This document shows, one piece after another, positions 30,859 to 43,862 of a stretch of 64,000 nt of DNA. Location of the stretch: assembly GCF_009914755.1 (NCBI RefSeq), contig NC_060934.1. One strand, given 5' to 3'. Position 1 is the stretch's first letter; the number at the start of each line of letters is the position of its first letter. The position numbers and the translations under genes are program-made. The notes below the pieces were generated by a model that saw only the letters and a program-made list of their open reading frames with translations, did no database searches and was not told where the DNA came from. The stretch comes from the human T2T-CHM13v2.0 reference genome, Homo sapiens.

Positions 30859-31694
30859 TCAGCAATCATAGCAAATGTAACACACCAATGCAAGATGTTA
30901 ATATGGAAAACTAGGAAGGGGAGATGGAGGAGAGATGTGAATCTGTACTTCCTGCTCCAGTTCTCTGTAAATCAAAAAGTGCTCTTAAAAAAAAAGCCTA
31001 TTTTTTTTCAAAGAGGGAGAATGAAGATAGCATATGCATAAAACAATTGTTTTTAGCAATACTGACATTAGTAAAATTAGTATTGTTAATTGTGTGTTGG
31101 GTACCAAACACGTGATTGTGAGATGTTCTAATTCTATCATCACCAAAATCTGTGAGAGGCAGGGTTCTGAGAGGAAGGGAGAAGGCCCAGATGAGGCATA
31201 GAAGGAGTTAAATAAAAGCTTTGCAGTCTGTTATGTATTTCCATTGGAACTACCAGTATAAGCTCACGATGCTGGCAGTCTCATGACTTAAAGGGAGAGT
31301 GATTGGGAAGAGCAGGAGCTCCCAACCTACTAACGTTTCTTGCTTTGAAAATCTGTCAACTTGTACTGTCATATATGCACTTATCTATGTGAATACTTCA
31401 GTAAAGCTTTTTGGAGTAGGATTTTTTAAAAACTATGTGTAAGTATTTTCAGAAGATGAAGGTTCCTGTTTCCTTGGTTCAAATGGTATCAAGATAGGTA
31501 GGTTGCGTCCCTGAATGCATTCCTAAATTGATACAGAATCATTAGCCCAGACAGGGTAGCTACCATAGCTTCTAGAACATGACCAGATGGCCACAGGCAC
31601 TCAGCGTGCTCGCTGAATTAGCTGTTCATCTTCTTCTCTTCCACAGGGTATGTGTATATGACTGTCAGAAATGAGTAAGGCGAAACAGGATAAG

Positions 31695-31895
31695 CTAAGA
31701 ACACTGCTTCTGAAGTCTGCTGGTGTGGGTTCAAATCTGGGCTCTACCACTTATTTTCTGGGTGACTTTGAGCAAGTTAATGAAGCTCTCTAAATCTGTT
31801 TCCTTACCTATTAGATAATAACAATTAAACTGTGAGGTTTGAAAGATTAATCCATACAGAGGGCTTAGCACAATGCCTGGGACATAGTAAATGTG
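31695..31895. mobile_element. MIR SINE
   Basis: GGGTTCAAATCTGGGCTCTACCACTTA...CTTAGCACAATGCCTGG. Confidence 0.7.
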
Positions 31896-32059
31896 TGTGT
31901 GTATTAATACACCCCATGCATATATGGCATGGTATTTCGATCATATTATCTATTATTTTCATCCTCCTAACAAAGGGTGAACAACTTTATAGAATACAAA
32001 TATATAATAAATCATATAGGTATCTTTGACACGGCCTAAAGACTTAAGCACTTACAGCT

Positions 32060-32367
32060 GTTTTATTATTTGTTCATTTATTTTGAAACAGAGTCTCACT
32101 CTTGTCACCCAGGTTGGAGTGAAATGGCGTGATCTTAGCTCACTGTAGCCTCCATCTCTCGGGTTCAAGTGATTCTCCTGTCTCAGCCTCCCAAGCAGCT
32201 CGGATTACAGGCATGGGCCATCATGCACAGCTAATTCTCATATTATTAGTAGAGATGGGGTTTCACCATGTTGGTCAGGGTGGTCTCAAACTCCTGACCT
32301 CAGGTGATCCACCCACCTTGGCCTCCCAAAGGGCTGGGATTGCAGGTGTGAGCCACTGCACCCGGCC
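32060..32367 (-). mobile_element. AluS
   Basis: Alu dimer; TSD CACTTACAGCTGTT. Confidence 0.92.
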
Positions 32368-33144
32368 TCACTTACAGCTGTTAAGAAAACCAAGTTACAT
32401 AGACTACCATTCAAATATTGAGATTGCAAACCATATTACCATTCTCTGGTCTGCACTATGTCCTGAAAAACCATGAGGCCAAACCCCCGTTGCAAGTAAT
32501 TGCCCGTTCTGATGTGTGCCTTTCATTTGACCTCACCCTTAAAATTATAAGCTACACAGAGTCCAAAGGAATAATTAATGTATATGCAGAGAAATAGATG
32601 AAATAAAAAGGATATTTATGAGGTATGGGTACTATAACTAAAACTACCATTTAATGTAATTCGCGTTTATTCTGTTTGATACATGAACCAATATTTCCCC
32701 AACACAATCTTTTCCAGCACCATACTTGGTACTGTTTTAAGCTAATGTTCTAAGTTTGAAGACAGAAGAAAATGAATTAATATATGGTATAAAAAGATCT
32801 CACATCTGTTCATTCCATTCTGTTAAGATTAATAGTTTTTTAGGAAACCATGAAGAAAGTGGGGAGGGTTCTGCTAATACTGATCAGATGGAGATTAAGT
32901 TGCTTCTTATGTTTTCCTCAATAGTTGAAGCTCTGCAACCATCCTGTAAATCCAAGTTTCCAAGCTGGCAGGGTTTTCAATTATTATCCATACCAACTGT
33001 AGCACTAGTTATAATGGCAAAGCAGTGGGTGTTATGGTTTCTTATGGTGAAAATATAACTACTTCACATCTAATAAACACCTTATCGTCATCTTAACACA
33101 GCAAATAATACTTTGTCACTAGATAATCTTAAAATTCAATATAA

Positions 33145-33458
<314 letters not shown>

Positions 33459-33919
33459 TCAATATAAACTGCCAGGCTCTGCTTACATAATGCCTATCAT
33501 AAAAAATACATTCAATAAATTGTTATTGCAGGACATAGAGTATTTTAATTATTACTGGAAAAATTACCAGTTTCCAAAGCATGTCTTTCATTCTCAACAG
33601 AAACTTGGCCACAAGCACATCCCAACAAAAATCCTGCTGCTGTTCCCCCAGCCACCCCCTGGGCTATCCACAGCTCTGAACTCACCAGTGTGTGGCCATA
33701 GCTGTTCCTCTTGACCCCAGCACACTGGGCCCAGCCACCCAACTTCTCCTGGGAATTCTGAATTAGATGAAGAATGAGGCAGTGGGTGTGCGGGTACAAT
33801 GAGACCATGAGACAGGTGGGCAAAGACCACTGAGAAGTACCATCACTAAGATTTCCTAGAAATAAAGAGATATTGTTTTGCATTGGTTATATCATCACAG
33901 ATAAAACGGTTTTTAAAAT

Positions 33920-34525
33920 AGTTATGCACCGCTTAATTATGTTTCACTCAACAATGGACCACCTGGGAGGCCAGCGCAAGCAGATCGCTTGAGTCCAGGA
34001 GTTCAAGACCAGCCTGGGAGACACAGTGAAACCAAGTCTCTACAAAAATTATCCGGGAGTGGTGGCAAGTGCCTGTAGTCTCAACTTGGGAGGCTGAGGT
34101 GGGAGGATCACTTGAGCCTAGGAAGCTGAGGCTACAGTGAGGCAAGATCATGCCACTGTAGTCCAGCCTGGGCAACAGAGTGAGACCTTGTCTCAAACAA
34201 ACAAACAAACAAACAATAGACCACAAATATGACAGTGTTCCCATGAGAGTACAATAAGGTACTGTATTTTTGCTGTATCTTTTCTATAAAGACACAAATA
34301 CCACTGTGTTACAATTCCCTGTGATATTCAGTACAGTCACATGCTGTGCAGATTTGTAGCCTAAAAGCAAAAGCCTTAGTCACAAGCATACCATCTAGCC
34401 CAGGGGTGTAGTAGGCTACACCAGCTAGGTGTGTTTAGGGACACTATATGATGATCACACAATGACAAAATCATATTAAGCATTTCTCATAACATATCCC
34501 CATCATTAAGTGATGCATGGCTGTA
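33920..34525 (+). mobile_element. Tigger3a/MER7-like DNA transposon interrupted by AluJ (33964-34214)
   Basis: AGTTATGCACCGC...TAAGTGATGCATGGCTG termini; Alu TSD ACAATGGACCA/ACAATAGACCA. Confidence 0.72.
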
Positions 34526-35326
34526 CTAATAGCGAGTATTATTAAGACCAATAGGTACCAGGTGGTATGCTAGGCCCTTATAGATATTAACTCACAACGA
34601 CCCTATGAGGTGCTCTTATTATTCCCAATTTATAGATGAGGCACCTGAGGCACAGAGAGGTTAAGCAACTTGCCCAAGGTTACACAGCTAGTAACAAACA
34701 AAAAAGATGCTTACAAAAAAGCCACCGTGGCCACTGGGGCCGGAATGTCAGAGGACTGAAAAACAGTCAAATGTCATTACTGGCTCAGTTATACCAAAGA
34801 GGCTACAACTTTTGTTTCAGTGAAACATTTCCAGTTTTAACCCTATCCTACAATCAAAAATAGAAGTTGTCAGTTCCATCTTGTTCCTGATAGCTGGAAA
34901 CTACTTCACTCTGGAAACCGGGAAGAAGCCTGCAGGAAGGAGACAGAGTACATGCTCTTCCTCCAGAGCTATGCTTTCTTCATTAACTAACCTGAATCTC
35001 TTTACTAAAAGCAGTAACATTCTTTCTTCAATAAATTTTTCCCAAGTACTACGCCAAGTAGAGAGACACTTCAGTTAGGTTGGATGGGATGGTGGGTCAG
35101 AACTGAGTATACTCAAGGGGCTTCCTAGAAGAGGTGACGTGAAATGGAGTCATGTGAATAAATAAGTCCTTCCTTCTTTCAACAAGCACTAACTGACAAG
35201 GGGACAAGGGCTAGCTGGAGACAGAAAAAGGAAAAGAGCTTCTCAGGCCAAGATGTGGCATGTTTAAAAACACAAAGGTGAGCACATACACACAACTTAG
35301 AGGAGTGAAAACATAAATGATTTTAA

Positions 35327-35635
35327 GGCCAGGCACGGTGGCTCACGCCTGTAGTCCCAGCACTTTGGGAGGCCGAGATGGGTGGATCACTTGAGGTCAG
35401 GAGTTCGAGACCAGCCTGGCCAACATGGTGAAACCCCGTCTCTACTAAAAATACAAAAATTAGCTGGCTGTGGTGGTGCACACTTGTAATCCCAGCTACT
35501 CAGGAGGCTGAGGCAGGAGAATAGCTTGAACCCAAGAGGTGGATGGAGGCTGCAGTGAGCCAAGATCATGCCACTGCACTCCAGCCTGGGCAACAGAGCG
35601 AGATTCTGTCTCAAAAAACTAAATAAATAAAAAAT
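35327..35635 (+). mobile_element. AluS
   Basis: Alu dimer; TSD AAATGATTTTAA. Confidence 0.92.
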
Positions 35636-36145
35636 AAATGATTTTAATAAAGATTATAGCTAAAATTACAGGTTCTCCCCAGCTCTTTTATCTTTCCCCC
35701 AAAGAAGGTCTACATGGATGGCATGTGTTCCAGGCTTAACAAGATTTTGAGACAGCTCTTCCAGATAACCCATGATCATATTTGTTTATTATTTTGCCTG
35801 GTCCTTTAGAAAGACCACTTCCTTGAAAGCAGGTTGTTTTCCAAGATTTATCTGAAAAGTGTCAGTCTAACCTGGAAAAAAAATAATAAAGGCTTGACCA
35901 CCCAGAGAGGGCAATAAACTTGAAGAGATTAAAAAATTAGGAAACAAACAAGAGAAATGAAAGAAAGTTCCTCTGGCTGCAGCTGGGATTCTGTCTCTAT
36001 GGAAATGGAAGCTGATTACAGGGCCCTTCAAAAAAAAATCAGCTTCATCAACCAGCTGAAGACAGTTGCTGCTTGGGAAAGAGTTTCTACAGTGAAATCT
36101 CTTTAATACACAAAATCAGCAGCATTACAATTATGCCTGGAAGCT

Positions 36146-36355
36146 TTTTTTTTTTTTTTTTTTAAAGAGACAAGGTCTTGTCCTGTTGCCTAGTAACAGG
36201 ATCATAGCTCACTACAAACTCAAACTCCTGGGCTCAAGCAATCCTCCCACTGTAGCCTCCCTAACAGCTAGGACTGCAGACTTGCACACCACCCTCAGCT
36301 TGTTTTTTTAAATTTTTGTAGACATGGGGTCTCACTCTATTGCCCACACTGATCT
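36146..36355 (-). mobile_element. AluJ fragment
   Basis: Poly-T followed by AluJ right arm; TSD TGGAAGCTTT. Confidence 0.8.
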
Positions 36356-37324
36356 TCTTGGAAGCTTTGAGAATGTGTGTGCAAATTACATGTCATGTTA
36401 AAACAAAAAGAAGGAAAAGAAATAAATCAGGACAAATTTTAAATAAATAGCTATCTATATCAATTAGAACCCTAGGCAAAAGTACCAAACACTACAGGTT
36501 CTAATAAGCCACACAAAAAATCCCAACACCATTACAAATGCCTTACCCAGTCTAGTTAATGAAGCGAAATTCTTAGTTCAGGCCATTGACTATGTTGGAA
36601 CTGGGTATGTCTGAGGCATTTGGGCCTGTAGCTGGATATTCACATTAATAGTTAACATTTAATGTACATTATTGCATCTAACACTAACTAGTTAATAACT
36701 AACATTTAATGTGCATTATTGCCTTTAAAGTGAACCATTAAACCAGTCTTATGAAGTGGTTACTTAGGTTACCATTGGTTAAGGAACTTGAGGATCAGGG
36801 AGGTTAAGTAGCTTCTCTAAGGTTACATAGTACTAAGTAGCAGAATTTGAACCCACATCTATCCAAATCCAAGTTCCCCTCATATGCTCCCTGTATTCCT
36901 CTGCCTCTTACGGTAGGAACTGAGCATTTCAAGAATCTGGCTGGACTATAAGAAAACTGTAGAACCTGTCTAATATCTGTCTCCAGCCTAAGAAGTTTTC
37001 CCCATCAGAAAGCTCTTGGTACCTAAACTCCTCAAAACAGCTTTCAAAGGTAATTTGCTGTCTCTAAGGAAGTGCTGCGTTAGAAGATACAACTCTCCCA
37101 AGAAGAAAGACAGGCATCTCATATGCTTAGTAGTACAATACCTTACTGTTATCTTCAAAGCTTAATTCTTACCTTTTGATAAATTAAAATAATGAACGGA
37201 AAGCTTGAGATGCAAGAACTATTCTCTGTACATGCCAGTTAATTGTTCCCTGTGTTTAATCTGGATACTAATATATAAAACTTCCTGGTAACAGCTAAAA
37301 TGTTATCAGTAAAGAAATATGGAG

Positions 37325-37620
37325 GAAGGTGTGGTGGCTCAAGTCTGTAATGCCAGCACGTTGGAAGGCCAAGATGGGAGGACTCCTTGAGCCCAGGAGT
37401 TTGAGGCCTAGCCTGGGCAGCATAGCAAGACCCCATCTCTACAAAAAAATAAAACCATTAGCCAGGCGTGGTGGTGTGTACCTACAGTCCCAGCTACTCA
37501 GGAGGCTGAGGTGGGAGGATCACTTGAGCCTGGAAGGTTGAGGCCACAGTGAGCTGTGAATGCACCATTGCATTCCAGCCAGGGTGACAGAGCGAGACCC
37601 TGTTTTCAGGAAAAAAAAAA
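37325..37620 (+). mobile_element. AluJ
   Basis: Alu dimer with J-type GGAGGATCACTTGAGCC. Confidence 0.88.
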
Positions 37621-39229
37621 ATTACACTTATAATTAATGTAGCCAAGTGAAATATTTTAATACTTGTATATATTAAGCACTGTGTCACTGTGTGTGCACT
37701 GCTGAGAACTGAGCCCTAGTGGAGGCTCCGAAGAGCATCCTGGAACCCCGTAGGCTCCGAGGAGTCCCGAGGTCAGGGAGTTTGCAGAGAGCAGCCTTGG
37801 GTCAATGCTACAGAAGCCAGAGGAAGTGGACTCTTGACATCTCCAAATTCACTTCCACCCAGCTTCCCAAAAAGCACTATTATTCTTCATTAGCTTCTTC
37901 TTTAGGAAAATTTAAGAATGATCTTGCTTTTCAGTACCCAATACTGAAATTTACTTCAGGAAGCAAGTGGCTATCTTTTCTTCCCTAATAAAAGCAATGG
38001 CTTCAAAGAGATAATAGAGCTCAACCGAAATAGCTAAGCCATTCTCCCCATTTATAAATATCACATAAAGTCTCCTCTTCAAAAGCTGAAGGGTATAAAG
38101 CTCCTCTGCTGAAAGCAGCCTCTCTCTTCTACCCAGTGAGAACGAGTGCTGGAGGGAGGAAAGCCATGGGGGCCAAGGGTCCCGCTATGCCAGGCATCAT
38201 CTTCCCTATCCCCTTCTCTTTCTCCTCTGTATCAACAGTGCTCCCAATAATGACCATGATCATGGCAGAGCTGGGCAGGGGCAGCAAGGGACACACCTAG
38301 ATCTTCAGTTCCAGAGGCATCTGTTCTGTTGCTGACAGCGAGGACCCTTACGGAATGCAAGAGACCAACACACACCAAGGCTGAGAAGCTAACTAGTACA
38401 CAACCTAAGTTTAATGGCACGTATTTTCATAAAGGCTATGAAACGCAAATCAACTACATTTCCTCCCTTTTCCTTCTGCCAAGACGTATTAATGGCATCA
38501 ACTCCAATCTCTATCCCAGGCAGGTTTTCAAACCGGGAAAAGCATGGCTTCACAGTAAACCTGACTCTGCCATTCTTTCCATGTCTAAATGGCTTTCCAT
38601 CACCTTTCAGGGTCTCCTGAACATCTCCCTTCTTCTCTCGTCACATCCTGGACGTGATCTCACACACTCATGGGCCTAATCCATCATTCTTTCATTTTTT
38701 TTCATTCCTCAAACTATTTTTGAGCATCTACTGTGCTCCAGGCACTATTATAAAAAAAAAAAATGCAAGCATGAACATTGCACTGCTTTTGTCTTCCCAA
38801 TGTCCCAGTGGAGAAGGGAGACTTCTAGATTAAAAAAAAAAAAAATCATTACAATCCTACGTGACAGAAGTCACAAAACAAGGCACACGTCCAACTTCAC
38901 AGGGCAGGGAGTGGCTATGTTAGCTTGGTGCAGACAGAGAAGATTTTACACAGGTGGTGATGTCTAAGCTGACTCTTAGAAGTAAAACGATTTCAGGTGA
39001 AAAAGACTGAGGGTGAGAGAAAACAGAATTCGTAAAAGCACCAAGATCTGAACAAGTAGGCTCCGGTCCAGAAAGGACAATAAATTCAGAATGGCTGAAA
39101 TGCCAACTGCATGGAAGGGTAAGGTAGTGTTCAGATTCGGAAAGGCCTTGTGCATCACGCCTAGAAACCTGGAGCATTACAGTCGGTAACGGACAACCTG
39201 GAAAAGTGTGGAGAGGGTTTAAACCAAAG

Positions 39230-40020
39230 CCACGTCAGCCTGAAGGGCGTCCGGGTGCAGGGAGGGGATGGGGCAGGGCAGGGGACTGGGAAGGGTCCAG
39301 CCCCGGTCCGGCCACGCAGAGAGAAGCAACCCCAAGTGCGACGCCGCACACACTCACCGCAGAGGGCAGCCCCTAAGAGGGTGGGCGTGCAACCACAGGC
39401 TTCGGCAGGACGCACTCCGGCTGCGACAGATGCCCTCGTTCCCTGCTACACCTGCACTAAATAACTAACACGCCCTGTCTCGGCACACCGCGCAGCTGCC
39501 AGCTCCACGCCCGAACCTACCCATATTAAGAGAACAGCTCGCTAGGCGTGGCTCCAGGGCCAGGTTCCGCCCTTAAAAGAATATGGAAGAGGCTGGCCAA
39601 TCACGTACGTTATTCGGCTTCGAGACCCCGCGCCACGCTGAGGTTAATTTATCGCCGTGGCGAACACTCCGCGGTTTGGAACTCTGATTGGGCCGAGCTT
39701 GGCGCGTGCGCGCGATGTTTGGCGCGTGTTCAGTTGATGGGTCGAAGCCCAGAGGGCTGTGGGGGAAAGCAGGGAAGTTTATGGCGCGACTGCGCAAGGG
39801 AGGGTAATGGCTCAGGGTGGGTGTTGCGAAAGCTGGAAGTAAATTGCCTTCGAATGTTTCGCTTCTGTAACTGCGGCTCCACTCGCCAGAAGTTGCTACC
39901 CTGAGTCCCACAATGTGCCTCTGAAGGACCTTGTGGGGCACGCAGCCTCTCGCCCTATTAAGAGCTTCTCCAGACAGGAATTCTGGCGTGGTCTACGTTT
40001 CTCCAGCGCCCCGCTGGAAA
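39230..40020. promoter_or_regulatory. Orphan CpG-island promoter
   Basis: CpG-rich; CCAAT 39597-39601, ATTGG 39687-39691, GC box 39567-39572, E2F-like TTGGCGCG 39699 and TTTGGCGCG 39718-39726, NRF1-like GCGCGTGCGC 39702-39711, ZNF143-like TCCCACAATG 39906-39915; minus-strand donor GCG|GTGAGT at 39358. Confidence 0.72.
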
Positions 40021-41160
40021 TCTTTTTTGACAGGTTTCTAAGGCTGGCTTTTACCCCTGACCCTTTTGCCCTTAAGCAACAAGAACCACCCTCAGGGCTG
40101 GAAGCTACAAGTAAAACCCTACCATTTAAAGGTCATTTGAAAACACCACTAAAGCGATGTCTTTCCCGACTATGACTTTTACATCTGTGAAACATAACAT
40201 TCTGGCTCCCAGGAACCTCCCGCTTTCTCTTCCAAAAGCAACCAAATTTTAAATTCTAGCAAAACTGCTGCCCTCTGCCTCCCTCTTTCCTGACCCAGTC
40301 TGTTACCCAGCAATATCCTGTGCTTCTCTCACCAAAAACCCTGTCCTGAGAGACAATTTCATACTATGGAATAAAGATTGGCACCAGGCACTTTTCTCCT
40401 ATTGTCACCTAAATTGATGATAGACGGATACCACACATGCATTTATATATTGTAGATTGTAGCGGGTATCAAAGCTTTAAGGAGATGTAAAATAATGTAA
40501 TTCTAGCCCTGAACCAATTGGATTAAAAAAGGATCTGCACTCTTAAATTCGAAAGCAGAAACTTATTGCTTAAAAAACATTCCAGATGAAAGGGTTATTC
40601 CTGCATTAGTCTTCTTTGATCTGGAACCGTTCCTTGGCTTTTATATTTATTGAAATGACGTTATTTAAGAGTACAGACCAGGTATTGTGTGGAATATCCT
40701 TTAAAGTGAGTTTGTCTGATGTTCCCTTTCAGGTTATGAATTTTTGGAGAAACACCACTAAGTGATGTGTCTTTTCCAGTGCATGTTATCAAGGTAGAGA
40801 TAACATCGGTTTCTCCCAGTATTGATGATGTTCACTTGGTTAAGGTGGTGTCTGCGAGGTTTCTTCACCATAAAGTTACTATTTTTTCTTTATGATTAAA
40901 AATAATGCTGGGGGGAGGTGCTATTGGATTACGTCCCTTTTCTCATCTAATTTTTACCTAGTAGTTTTAGCATCCACTGATGATTTTCTAACTTCATAAT
41001 TTCATCTGTATGTATTAGTTGGTAATCTCCTAATACATTTATTTCTTGAATCACTAACTCTTCTAAAGCAAAAGAACTTTCTTGAAAAAATTAGAATTGT
41101 TCTTGTTCCATCAGTTTCTAATAGTGAATCTTGACTGTGTAGGCTGAAGACAGTAGTACC

Positions 41161-41412
41161 TGTATTAATCGGCTAGTGCTGTCGTTACAATATACCACAG
41201 ACCGGATGGCTTAAACGACAGAAATTTCTCACAGTTCTGGAAGTTCAAGATCAAGGTGCCAGCAGATTTGATTTATCCTGTGGACTCTCCCCTTGGCTTG
41301 TGGATGACTGTCTTCTCTTGGTGTCCTTCCAGGGTATTTTTCTCTGTGCAATCACACCCTTGGTGTCTCTTCCTGTTATAAGGACACCAGTCCTATTGGA
41401 CAGCCCCACTCT
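41161..41412 (-). mobile_element. MLT1A-like MaLR LTR fragment
   Basis: ATACCACAGACCGGATGGCTTAAACGACAGAAATT...TCAAGATCAAGGTGCCAGCAG...TATAAGGACACCAGTC. Confidence 0.72.
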
Positions 41413-41989
41413 TGTTTCTCTATAATAACACCCTGTTTTTGTTTCATAAATGTACTCTCTTCTCAAGTATCACTGAGGATAATAGTTTTTAAACCTCTCT
41501 TCTGTTCACTAAATTATGTTTCTTCAAGGCTCCATTCTTATGTGTGTTTATCTAGTCTTTCCCCTAGAAAAGAAAAATTCTTCCCCTCTCTGGTGGTTTA
41601 TTCTTTGTTGTCCTTTTGAGTTCAAGTGTGAAGATCTGAAATGGTTTTTCTAGATAGCTGGAGTGGTTTCTTTCCTCTCGTTTGTGTGTATTGTTTTCCT
41701 CCTAGATCCTTGGGCTGATTGTTGAATTTCTTTAGAGGCAAGAACCCAGTGTTATGCCTGCAGGTCATCACCAGGCTACCTTTGCTGGTGGAGGGAAATG
41801 ATGGATTGTCAGTGCCAGTTAAGGCAACTCCATGACTTTGGTTTTAGCTCCTCACACTGCACCTGCCAGCCCCACATCCAGATAACACCTGGAACAGAGA
41901 GTCCCAAACCTCCTGCATTTCTCTCTCAAAGTTATTTTGGGCTGCATGCCTCCATTCACTCCTGCTTCACAGGAATTTGTTTTCACTCC

Positions 41990-42280
41990 TGTTTGAGATA
42001 GTAAAAACCAAACTGTTTTTGCTACTCTTACACGCTCAACACTTCTGACACCAGAGATTCCCCCACACATGAAACAGTTCTCCAGCAGACACCAGCTAAG
42101 TGTCCTACAGTTTAACTTAATTCTGATACTACCTCAACTTACAGTCAAATCCCACAAGTTAAGGGTGCATTTCCACAAGACTGTCCCCTACTTTAGGTTG
42201 ACTGTCACCTATACTTCTGACCACCTATAAATCAGTATTCCCACACCCCCTTCTCGGGTTTGATTAATTTGCTAGGGTGA
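41990..42280. mobile_element. MER21-like LTR fragment
   Basis: CTCAACACTTCTGACACCAG...GACACCAGCTAAGTGTCC...CCCACAAGTTAAGGG. Confidence 0.6.
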
Positions 42281-43289
42281 TGGTTAGCCTGTCCAGGGTC
42301 CTGATTGCTAGCAGTGAGACTTCATGGTGACACAACGTGGAATCAGGAAACATCCCTTGGCCACTAGATCTGGGAAGTTGACTCAATGTGTGTTTCACCA
42401 GATAAGAATATTAAGGTTTTTGCCTTGGGACTGGCTCAGGAAATCAAGCAAGATGGACCTGGGAAGTGTGCTTTGTGAAGTTGGGAGAAATCAGCTGATA
42501 GTCTTGTATGGCTGTCTGTTCTCTGCTTTATCCTCAGTGCACTTAGTATATGTCACATAGCTGATGCTCAATAAACATTTGGAAATGAGTGAATTAAATG
42601 TAAAGCAAAACCAGAGGATATATGATGGGTCTTACTAATGAGAGTAGAGTCGACTCTTTTCTCCTTCTTCCAGCTGAATTACTCAAAAACTGAATTGCTC
42701 AATAACTACTTCCCTTTGCTGTACATGAAAATGTCATGCTTCCAAGCCTGTCAATCCCCTAACCCACTAAAAAATCACTGTTTATTTCCTAGATGGTTAG
42801 CCTGGAAGATTTTGTAAAGCTTCATTTTGTCTCTTTTTTCTGTATTTTTAATTTTAAAATTACATAATAATATTGATTATGCTTTCCTCAATTTCATGTA
42901 CACCCCTCCCAGATATTCCAATATGCCTCCTAGAAAAGCATGCCCTTCTGAGTGGAAATGATACCATTACTCTAATGATGCAATCCATGATCCAAGCATC
43001 ATTTTTTCGACAGCTACATCATGTTAATCTTGCTTTCAGAAAAGTACTATGTCATTTCATGTTATTATTAAACTTTCCCTGTATTCTGTACCTTTGCAAT
43101 TCATTTATTAGATAAAAGAGGAAGATTTTATATCTATCACATTTCATCTGTTACTATTGGCCCATTTTTCTAGCTTATCAAGACCCTTTGGATTTGATGG
43201 TGTTACTCATTGCATTTGCTGTCCTTTCCAATAGAAATGTCATCCATAAAGTTGATATATCTATCCATAATACAAAAAGGGAGCAGGAA

Positions 43290-43428
43290 TTTTTTTTGTT
43301 GTTTGTTTTCTTGAGATGGAGTCTCACTCTGTCACCCAGGCTGGAGTGCAGTGGCGTGGTGTTGGCTCACTGAAACCTCCACCTCCCTGAGTTCAAGCGA
43401 TTCTCCTGCCTCAGCCTCCCAAGTAGCT
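43290..43428 (-). mobile_element. Alu right-arm fragment
   Basis: Partial Alu consensus. Confidence 0.85.
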
Positions 43429-43862
43429 GAATTTTTAAGGTGAGAGTATTTTCTTTATGTACCTCCATACTCTGTCCAGGAATAATTTCTCTGAAATTTG
43501 AGTATTAGAGTAAGATGAAGTAATATATTCCACAGCTTCTTTCATTCACTTGGTCTCATGTTCTTAATAACCCTTGATTTTGCATAATTAACATAAAGCA
43601 AATTTCCTTTGTAAAGGCTTCTGCTTTTCTAGAGGCAGTGAAAAACTTTATAAAAGCATTGGATGTTCTTATAAAAAGGAAGCTGATAACTACCTCACTA
43701 AGTTACATGTCTGGCAGCACTGGAGATAAGGATGTGCTATTGAACTTTCTACTTGTTGTTAAATGGCAAACTATATTGTTTATTTATAACTTAATATATT
43801 GTGTTAAGGAATAGGCAGTGGTGCTGCTTATGGAAACTTTGTACTCTTGAGAGTAAATATAT

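Noticed and set aside
36653-36722. 23-bp direct repeat TAACATTTAATGT-CATTATTGC
   Set aside because: Two copies only; an ordinary slippage duplication with no array structure.
35600-37294. Possible KRAB zinc-finger relic downstream of the orphan promoter
   Set aside because: Exon sizes are loosely similar, but I found no convincing KRAB-A motif and no C2H2 array.
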